DNA from: the human T2T-CHM13v2.0 reference genome, Homo sapiens
Reading direction: 5' to 3' (one strand)
Assembly: GCF_009914755.1 (NCBI RefSeq)
Contig: NC_060925.1
Length of the DNA stretch: 64,000 bases
Shown: one piece after another, positions 54,180 through 64,000 of the stretch
Position numbering within the stretch: the first letter of the stretch is position 1
How the letters are laid out: each line of letters begins with the position of its first letter
Position numbers and translations under genes: made by a program
The notes under the pieces: generated by a model
What the model was told of the DNA's origin: nothing
Seen by the model: the letters and a program-made list of their open reading frames with translations, nothing else
Database searches by the model: none

Positions 54180-55680
54180 AAAAAGTGAAGGTTCATCTAA
54201 TCTGACAAAAGAAAAGTTATTTTTAGCACAAAAACCATAGAAGAATCTTCAAAGGAAAACTCAGACATTTGACTACATAAAATCAAAAACTCCTATCTCA
54301 ATAATGTAATATACAAAAAGGCAAAAAAGGGTAATGTTTCCAGATTAACAATATGTTTACAACCTTGATATATAATGACTTCATTAAAATTGGTATTAAA
54401 ACATAAGATTGTAAAAAGACAAATGACATAGCATGTATAATAAGTTTATATAGAAATATTCAACCTCATTACTAATAAATGCAATTAAAATTTGTTGACA
54501 CTTTATATAGGCTAAAATGTTACATACATAATTCAATAAAATAATAAATCTATTAAAGCCATTATAATTTATGGAGTACTTACCATCTATGAGTACAAAT
54601 TAGATGATTTATATTAAAAAGCCAACTAATTTCATGCACCAACCTTATGAGGTAAGCATATTTCCCCACTTTAAAGAAGAAACTATGTCGAGAAATGTCC
54701 AAGTCTTCCCAACTGTAAATCTGGTTAATTTCATAGCCTAGCCATACCGCCGCACTAAACCTTTTATAAGCAATTATCATTTTTGCCTATCTAATTAGGA
54801 AATGAACATTTTTTAAATGATATTGTCATATGTTAGCTAGTGCTATAAAAGAAGCACTGTCATTAACTGTTGGCCAACTTATACATTGATATACTTCTAG
54901 AAACAATTATTCAATCCATATTAAAAGCTATAGACTAATGAAAACACTTTGCTCCAGTGTTTCTTCTTCTAGATATCTATCCTAAAACAAAAGCTGATAT
55001 GCAGACAAAGATTTATGCAAAATTATATGCATCACCGTACTTTTTGTGTTAAGAAAAAACTGTCAAGACTAAATTAACAATATTGAGTAGGTAAATAAAT
55101 GATTACATGTCTTGAAAATGAGACACCATAAAAATGCAAAAAAAAATCTTAACAAATATTTAATCATATGTAAATTGACTCCCAGAGTAGTATGAAATGA
55201 AATTTTTTGAAAACAGATAGTAAAAATTAGGGCAACCTGCACTGTGCCCAGCTATGCAGCATAGTGTTAACAAGAATGGAAATACTATGATAAGGATGGA
55301 AGGAAGAGAGAGAGATTATATAGGCAATACATTCCAATGTGAATCATTTTTCTGTACATTAAGGGAATGCTTCAGAAGAAAATGGGATACTACTACAACA
55401 ATCTGCTATCTTAATATGTGGTAACATTTGGCTGTATTTTGATAGGTGTTTTATGTTATGTTTATGGTTCATAACCATTGTACTTACATTGTATTTTGAC
55501 TTTTATATGTTTTAAAATACACAGACATAAATATAAGAAAAGACTTATCAGTGGTTATTACTGAGTGTTAACATTATGGATTAGTTTTATATTCTTCATT
55601 ACTCTCATCTGCATTTTTCTGAGATTTTACAATGACAATGAATTACTTTTATGTTAAAAATAAAGAGGATAATTTTAAGT
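54180..55680 (+). mobile_element. Ancient L1ME ORF2/3' fragments with nested MIR (~54590-54770, -)
   Basis: catttgactacataaaatcaaaaac, atattcaacctcattactaat, cagtggttattactgagtg. Confidence 0.6.
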
Positions 55681-58192
55681 AGCTACACCACACAACACAA
55701 ATGGTTATTTTGAGGGTTAAATAAAACAGTATATAATAATAATCTAGCAAAGAACTCATAACAGATATTCAATAAATAAGTTAATTTTAGTATATTAATT
55801 CTAAAATTAGCAAATGCATCCCTTTAAGATTAATCCATGCACAGCTTTTAGCCCTGAAAGTAACTACTGGACACTAAAAATTAGAACTTACAGAATCCTT
55901 TATAATTTTTACTTCTTTACCATCATATATCTTATATTCCAAGGATGAAGCGAGAATGAAGAGAATAAGATGAAAACAAGAGCAAGATATTTTCCTACTG
56001 CCTTATAATTGTACAATGTTTCAGATGCAGGGATTCTCAAGAGAGGTGAAACTCAAGGAAATGTCATTTACTGCTCTAGTTTTCTCAAACTTTACACAAT
56101 CCACAAGCATATTGGAACAAAAATGGTGGGGAACGTAAGAGAGAGACTGGAAAAAATGCTCATCAGGTAATTATAATACCCCCGCCTCCCCTCCCTAAAA
56201 TCAGCTGTTTTGATCTCTTTATTATTCTCCTTCTGCAGTGAATTCATATGGAAGCTACAGAAAACCTTTCTATATGATTTTGAATGAATGGGATGAATTA
56301 TATTTTATTAAGTTGATCAGAACCATAAATCCAATAATTCCAGATCACTCAGTGATAGTTATTCTTTTGAAAAAAACTTATATTTTGTATCTTTTTGGCA
56401 TCTTGGTGTTATGTTTACTTGAGAGAGGCAAGTACTAATAGGAATGGGTCTTAGAATACTATATTTGTGATATCTCACTCTTGCACAACTCTTGGAAGGC
56501 TTTGTAGGCACAGGCCATTAACAGTGATAATGTTTACCTTCTCTCAGCCTGACACAAATGTACAGAGAGCTGGTGCACAATATTTTAAATTTCTTATCAT
56601 GGTCACCTTGCAGTTAACTGGCATATTCTTCTGGCTCTCCCTTTCCTAGACCTCTGATCTGTTCCTATAGTCAAAGTTTCTCAAAGTCCTATTTACTAAA
56701 AAGGACAATAGCCAGTCCTCACAGTCCATTTCTGAAGGAGGCATCTTTCAGATTTTTCATAACACTTTCTACAAAAGCAATAAAGCCTACCACATGCTCC
56801 ATCCCCCCAACTCCCACTTTTAATTATTACTTATACTAAATATGTGATGGTCTATTATGGTTAACACAATCTTTACTTTTTTTGATGCCTCCCCATCATC
56901 CCTTTAAAACAAGAGTAAAGAGCAGAAGAAAGAAATGGATGAAGTGGATATAAGACCTGTCCTGCTACACAAACAATATTAAGGTAAATCAAATATCCAT
57001 CTTACAATTCAAAATGACAGTTCTATATTCAACTATTGCACCTCTATAAGTTATTAGAAAACCAGCAGGATGAAACTGTTCCATGTAACAGCATGGTGGT
57101 TTCTTTAGAAAATCATTCATTATATAAACCACTTACCAGTTCGTTATAGGACAACTACCTCTGATATATGACAAGTAAACTGTACAAAACAAAGACCTCT
57201 CTAACAGGCAGTGAGACCCTATGACTTCTTCTGGATGGCTTTCAAATTTTAGTCTCAACATTAATTCAATGTTGCTTCAATTCCTGTTTCTCAAAACGTT
57301 GGCATTTGGCTGGTAATTAAGCTTATCTGGGCTTGCAGGCTTGGCAAACTCGGGAACTTTTGGCACTTTCCTGGTTCTAATTGTCACTGTTGTGAAGAAG
57401 AAAGCATTAGCTTAATAAGGAGAACTATGAGTTGCAAAACCAGAGTTAGAGCTTTTCCTTTGGTTGGCAAACCATCACATGTGTGCCAGAAAAGAATATA
57501 ATAAAAGGTTTGAGGTTGCCAGTGGAGAGGTGGTAGACATAAATCCAAAGGGCCTAGTGAATTGCATGTTTAGCCTTGAAATAACATTTCTATAGAGCAC
57601 TGCAGAGAGAATGGGAGAATATCAGTCAGCTAGACTGTATAGTATGAGAACACCATCACATAGCTGACTTTTAAAAATAACGCTGCAACCCAAAAAGGCA
57701 CACATATACTCACAAACATTGCCATGTAGTCAGAAGTTGGAGAACAGCTGTTGTTACAATGCAAGAGTATGCAAATGGGAGAATGGCAGTTTTAATTGCT
57801 AAGAGCCCTAAGGGCAAGCTATACTCAGCAATATGAATTAGGTGCTATGGGACAAAGAGAATAACTTCTGCATGGGTAGGCCATCTGCAGTACAATGATC
57901 TTGCCAAGAAACATGCAAATCCGAAATTGACATTGCAAAAAAGATACTAGAACCTTGGCATCTCCATTGTTTTCTGAACCATCTTGGGTAAGACAGCTTC
58001 CAGGCCAATCTGGTGGCCAAAACAAGCAAAGTAAGTGGATTTCAATCATTCAGTGCTAAGTTCCTAAGTGTGCTCTTGAACTGTGCTACTTACAACTGAC
58101 TTTACAGAAGGGAAGGAGATAGGCACATTCTGGATGGGAGCAGTGCTACTTGGAACTCTCTTCCTTCCAAGGTGCTTATATGCCTAGGAATA

Positions 58193-58680
58193 TGTATTAG
58201 TTTTTCTACTGCTGACACAATAAAGTGTCATAAACTTAGAGGCTTAAAACAACACACACTTTTTATCTTACAGTTCTAGAGGTCAGAAATCCAAAATGGG
58301 GTTTAAGGGCTAAATTTATTTTGTCAACATAATTGTGTTCCCTTCAGAGGCATTATGGGAATGCATTTTCTTGCCTTTTCTGGCTGCTAAAGGCCACCTA
58401 CGTTTCTTGCCTCAAGGCCTCTTCCTCCATCTTCAAAATGCATTACTCCATCTGTCCTTCCACTGTGACTCTCCTGCCTTTCTTTTTCAACATTTCTCCT
58501 TACTACATTGGGTCCACCTAGATCGTCCAGAATAAACTCCCTCATCTCAAAATCCTTAAGTTAATCACATACGCAAAGTTACTTTTGCCATGTAAAGCAA
58601 TATATTCACAGATCCAGAGATTAGGAGGTAAACATCTCTGAGGGCTGTGAAAAAAGGGAAGACAATTATTCTATATGTCA
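58193..58680 (-). mobile_element. MLT1C/D-type MaLR solo LTR
   Basis: tgtattagttt…ggcttaaaacaacac…ttatcttacagttctagaggtcagaaatcc…ttaatcacatacgcaaagt. Confidence 0.85.
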
Positions 58681-59199
58681 TAAGCTATTTGTTTACAGTC
58701 ATATGTATGTACATCTCTATAGAGAAGGGAGAAATTCAGTTTCAAGAACGTCAGAAAATACAGAAAGGAAAGAAGACACAATCAGAAAGATTGAAAAGGA
58801 CTCAACACACTTGTAACAATGATGTGCATATATATACACCATTTAGATATGAAAGGAATGTTACCAAACTATTGTAAATGGCATACATATTTTAAATTCT
58901 CCTTTATTTGTAGGATCAGATAGAGTGACAACTGCAACTTTTCAGTGAGTCTTCTGTATTAGCAGGACCAATCTACATTTATACACTGAAACTGGCTCAC
59001 CAGCTGAAATGAGGCTTTGGTGCATACCCTCGAACTTGTGAGCCCCCTTGTAGTCACTTATGATATTAGGTCATATCTGCATAAAAAGTGAATATTAGGT
59101 TAAATATTTAAGAATATATTCAATTCCACTCAGTAAGTATTAAGAAAAGGAGCAATGTAGGGTCATGCTCCAGGACAAAGCTGCAAGGAACTGACAAAG

Positions 59200-59560
59200 A
59201 GAATGTCCTCTCTTTCCTTGCTAAGTTCAACTCCCACCATGCACCTTTATTAGTTCCCTGAACAAATTATATTTCATTCACATTTCTCTGCCTTTGCCTT
59301 GAGCCATTCTCTCACCCATAATGTATCTCCCCTCTTTTCTCTGTCTATTAAATTCTACGTCGTATTTCAATTCTCAGCTCAAAGGCAGTCTCTGGGAAAT
59401 TTACTTCCATCTTCTCCAAGTGACATTAATCACTCATATAGTGGAACTACCGTGGAACTCATAGTGCTTTAAGTGGTACCACATTTTAGCCATCTCCATG
59501 CCCTATACAGAAGTTCAAGTACTTTTCACATCTCTAATCAATACATGTGAGTTGTATTGA
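59200..59560 (+). mobile_element. L2 3' fragment
   Basis: tctctgcctttgccttgagccattctctc…tctcagctcaaaggcagtctctgggaa. Confidence 0.55.
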
Positions 59561-59671
59561 ATTGGATTGTTTCATAAAAATAGCTACCTTGAAATAATTT
59601 ATGCCATTTAATTAAAGGAGGTTCCCATACAAGATAAAAGGGAAAAAAAACAAATTTCTCTAGCATCAGAA

Positions 59672-59860
59672 CAGTGACTCTTAAATATTCACGTGTTTAA
59701 AAAGCAGCTGGATGGTTTGTAAAAGCAGATTCCAGATTTCCATTATCAGAGAATGAAAATCGGTGGGACTGAGGTGGATCCCAAGGATTTTCATTTTAAT
59801 AAGAATCCATCCAGAGATACACTGATCTGAGGAGTCCTGGATTACACTTTGCCGTACATT
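59672..59860. mobile_element. MER5A (hAT-Charlie) DNA transposon
   Basis: cagtgactcttaaa…aaagcagattccag…gatcccaaggattttcattttaataag…cctggattacactttg; ~190 bp. Confidence 0.65.
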
Positions 59861-60504
59861 ACCTCAAAAAAAAAATGGTAATTCCAATGGACAGATGTAC
59901 TTGCAGAGAATTATCTCCTCTGTAAGTGTTAAGTAAGACCCTCTTTTAGTGAATAATTTACTTGATCAATGGAGTCCTCCATAGTGATGGGGTAGGGATA
60001 ATAGGTATGTTGACAAAAAATGCAGTCTTTAAATCCCTAATGCCATCTGGAAAGTAGCATCTGCTGATGAACTTGGGATTTCCTGTCTTGTACCATATGC
60101 CATAAAGGCCAGCACAGGGTCTTAAATATATTTCTTTACACAGAACTCTTTGAGAAAAGCAGAATTAACTCCTAAACTGTATACATTTTGAAGAAGACAT
60201 AGAAAAAAATAGAAGTGAAAAGGAACATCTAGTATGTCCTGTGTTCTACCTAATTTGTATCTAATTACAAATACGATACTTGCACACTGCATGTATCTCC
60301 TGTCCTCAGACCAGCAATTTTTTATTGTATTTGACTATTTCTCAGTACCTGAAACTTTAATGAGAATATACTTGTGAGATGGAAGGAAAACGTAAGTTTA
60401 TAAAATAAATTTACAGATGATGTTCTAATTTCAGAGTATTTTATACTTAATAAAGATCCTACTCATATGTTTTGTAGCATTTAGGCTTACTAATATGTTA
60501 AATT

Positions 60505-60539
60505 ACACACACACACAAACACACACACACACACACACA
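60505..60539. repeat. (CA)n microsatellite, one interruption
   Basis: Directly visible. Confidence 0.95.
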
Positions 60540-61179
60540 TATGCCATATCATTAGTTAATCTTATCTTCAAATTAGACTTTGGCTTATTAGTTAGAGCAT
60601 GCCTTTCACGGCTCTCTCATTTCTTCCACTCCATAAGGTGTCTCCTTCCATAATTGGCTCACAATTTAATATACCTAGAATTAATATCTAGATTTGATTT
60701 TGTTACAGGTATGCTACTTACCACTTCTCTCTACCCACATGCGCATTTTATTGGTGAAATAGTATATCCTAATTTAAACCAAAAAATTAACTGATTTACT
60801 GCCAAGGAAATATTTAAAAAATATTACCAAAAGCAACCATAGTGTTCTTGTCGTGTCTTAGCAAACAGTTTTTTTCAGTAGTACTATTCCCTGTGAGTAC
60901 TATACCTTTTCTTATATTTTCTCTATGCCACTTGGCAGAAATATGAAAGAAATTATTTCCTCATTCAAACCTACTCTTTCAAAACAATCATTTAGGAAAC
61001 TAAAAAATAACATAAATGTTCAAAACTCTATAGGCATGTATCAACTTATTCTGTAGTTTAGAATATGCCTGATCTGAGGTAGTTCCCACACCCGTGTCTT
61101 AATATTGCTGTGCATATACAGAAGTAAAATACTTAATTAGAATTTTTACGAGTATATATGTATACGGGGAAGAGGGAAC

Positions 61180-61750
61180 AGGATAGGGATACAAAATATA
61201 AAAAGGATTTGTTCACTGACCTTAAAAGCTTTTTACTGTAAGAGGAAAAAACTACCATGTACATCACAAAGGCAACACAAAGAAGTGCATGTTATGTGCC
61301 ATTATAATATTCCACGCCCTTTGGAAGAACAGAAGTGAATGGGAAAAGAAAAGGTATGGTAAAATCAAGAAAGACTTCTGGAAAGAAGCAGCAGCATTAG
61401 AAATTAAGAACATTGTCTGTGAAGTCTTTCACCAGCGAGGAGTGGGGTTGTGAGGGAGAATATCTGACATATCATTAAGAACATGAAAAAACTAGAAGGC
61501 AGGAGGGTACAGAGTAACTTTGAGGAAAACCATAGAATCCATGTTGATGTGTGAAAGGAAATCATTTTTTAGATTGATTCAGAAATGGGGTAAATGAAAA
61601 ATAGTTATGAACCTCAAATTTTAAGCGAAAGAACTAAGAATATATTCTAAAGTCATTGTAGACCAATGAAAAGTTTCTGAATAGGAAGTGGTGATATAGT
61701 TTTGAGAGAATTTTGAACTAGTAAAGAAAAATAGGCCAAGAGATAATTGT
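61180..61750 (-). mobile_element. L2 fragment
   Basis: aaaatcaagaaagacttctggaaagaag; aaaagtttctgaataggaagtggtgat. Confidence 0.5.
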
Positions 61751-64000
61751 GGGACTTCCTCTTCTGGTCAAGATGGAGTAATAGGGTCTGACATCCCACC
61801 TGAAGCAATTAAAACATTCAGACAAAATCTATGAAAAAATAACATCAAAGACATTGAAAATTAAACAACAAATATCAATGGTCCATGAGAGGTTGTAAAC
61901 AAAAGACGTAGACACTATGATTGCTGCAGCTTGTTACCTAGAAAAAATTTCTAGGTAGCCCTCAGTTGAGGGCATGAATCTGAGTCCAGAGAAACCAAGG
62001 TGAAAAGAGTTTACTGAGCAGAGTATGGGCAAGGACAAAGATGCATAGAGAAAGAACTCCTGAGATCTGCACAGAATTCCTCTAAGTATTTATTCAAATA
62101 CTGATTATCTTATGCATATGAGGATATCATCTGAGCCCAGAGGGAAAAAAATGACTTAAAAGGAATACAAGGGACAGTGACTGAAGATCACTTAGCCAGG
62201 TAAAGCTCCTGTTCCCAACAGTAAGAGCAGAAAACCTCATAATAAAATAGAGTGCTAACAGAGAGATATTCTCAGTAGCTAGGTAACATTAACCCTAGAC
62301 TAAATAGTGCTGTACACCTACTGACAACATGTAGTGGGCAGGATCCTAAAATGGTCCCCAAGATTCTTGCCCCGTGATATACACACTCTATATAATCTTG
62401 TCCCATTGAGTACGGGTATAATCTGTGGATACAATGGAATTTTATATTCAAATATAGGAGATATGTTCTATAGCAAAGGCGGAAGGATTGTGGAGGTGTA
62501 ATTAAAGTTTCGAGTTAGTCTTTAAATTAATGAAAAGAAAGATTATTTGGGTTGGGCTTGATTTAATCAAGTGAAAGCCCTCAAAGCGGGGCCTGGGCCT
62601 TTTTGGAAGAGAGTGACTTTACTGCTATTTTTTTGAAAAGGTAAGCTGCTGTGCTGTGAGACGGACACATGTCAAGGAATTGAAGAGGCCTCTAAGAGTT
62701 AAAAGTGGAACCTGATTGACAGCCAGTCAAATTGAGACTGCAGTCCTACAACTTCAAGCAACTTAATTCTGCCAACAAGCATATGTGCATGTAAGAAGAC
62801 CACGAGCTCCAGAAAATAATGCAGCCCATCCAAGAATGCAGTCTATCCAAGACTGAGACCTTGAAAAGAAGACCCACCTAAGTGCTGTGTCACCTAATCC
62901 ACAGAAACTATGAGATAATAAATGTTTGTTAAGTCACTAACATCGTGATAATTTGCTCTGCAGCAATAGAAAACTCCTACACTAACTAAACCTAAAATTA
63001 AGACCCAGAAGAATTAAACAGTTCCTAAGTAACTTTGCTATGTCTGAGAATAAAGTTCAAAGATACTTATAAGCATACAAGTCCCAAAATCCAACAAGAT
63101 GAAGTTTACAATGTCTGACAACCAATGAAAATTACCAGTGATACACAAAACAAGAAAATGAAAAACCATGGTTAAAAAAAAGAGAGACACTGACACAGAA
63201 ATAACACAAATCATAGAATTAATACACAAATACATTAAAGCAGTTACTAAGGCTGTATTTCTTGTATTAGGAAAACTGGAAGAAGTAACATGGAAAATAT
63301 AAAAGAGATTTAAACCTAAATTCCAGAGGTAAGAAAAATAATGTGTGACTTGAAAAATACCCTACAAAAAATTGAAGCTACATTAAACATTTCTGGTGAC
63401 CTACAGGACAATTTCAAAGAGCCAAATATATGAGTTATAAAATTCCAAAAGAGAGATATCCAAAATAATAAAAATTGAAAAAATAATTGCCAACAGTATT
63501 TTTAAAATTTGATGAAAACTATAAAGCCATAGATCTAAGAAATTAAATGAATCTCAACTAGAAGAATTTTTTTCAAAAACCAACACCAAAACACATTATT
63601 GTAAAACTGCTTAATATCAGCAGTTAAATTGGGAAAACAAACAAAACAATCTACAAAGATCGAGAAGAAAAAGTTACCTTATATATGGAAAAACAAAGAT
63701 AAGAATGACAGAAGCAGATTTCTTGTCAGACAACACAAGTTAGAAGACAGTAGAGCAACATTTTTAAAGTGCTGAAAGGAAAAAGTAAACTAGCATTCCT
63801 ATGCATTTAAGCTCTCTTTCTAAAAACAAAAATGTAATAAAAGCTTTTTTACACAAACAAAAGCTTGAAATAATTATTAGCAAACTTGCACTACAATAAA
63901 TGTTGAGGGAAGTCCTTCTGTGTAAAGGAAAATAACAAACAGAAACTTATTTCTACATAAAGGTACAAAGAGTGTCAGAAATGGTAATGACATAATTAAA
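61751..64000 (+). mobile_element. Old L1M (L1MC/MD-type) 5' UTR and decayed ORF1, split by MLT1E, running off the window
   Basis: acttcctcttctggtcaagatggagtaa 5' terminus; aatttgatgaaaactataaagccatagatctaaga; aagataagaatgacagaagcagatttcttgtcaga. Confidence 0.8.
62330..62981 (+). mobile_element. MLT1E-type MaLR solo LTR nested in L1M
   Basis: tgtagtgggcaggatcctaaaatggtccccaagatt … cagcaatagaaaactcctaca. Confidence 0.85.

Overview
This is not prokaryotic DNA. It is AT-rich, CpG-depleted primate (very probably human) intronic or intergenic DNA dominated by interspersed repeats. I find no cellular protein-coding gene, rRNA, tRNA or CRISPR array; the recognisable ORFs in the track are LINE-1, MaLR-internal or Alu reading frames, and the rest look like chance ORFs. 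Main elements: a full-length THE1D MaLR provirus with a 5-bp TSD (4581-6977, -), two 5'-truncated young L1PA insertions (7272-8375, +; 27958-29403, +), and a full-length dead L1PA6-like element (43790-49798, -). There are also several Alus, many solo LTRs (MSTD, MLT1, MLT2, THE1C, MER4), MER2 and MER5A DNA transposons, and old L1M/L2/MIR fragments. Subfamily names come from recalled consensus sequences and need RepeatMasker/Dfam confirmation. The best leads are: (1) the L1PA6 and an Alu right arm appear to share one TSD, a candidate 3' transduction; (2) a hypothetical + strand transcript from the L1 antisense promoter/ORF0 region could splice to a 26-nt micro-exon that is itself a perfect 12-bp hairpin; (3) a recursive-splice-site-like AG|GTGAG motif with a matching RS-exon; (4) a CpG-retaining THE1C LTR next to a perfect CRE; (5) an NFI half-site cluster; (6) several hairpin-creating template-switch scars. 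All functional claims are hypotheses, and no new biological system can be established from sequence alone.
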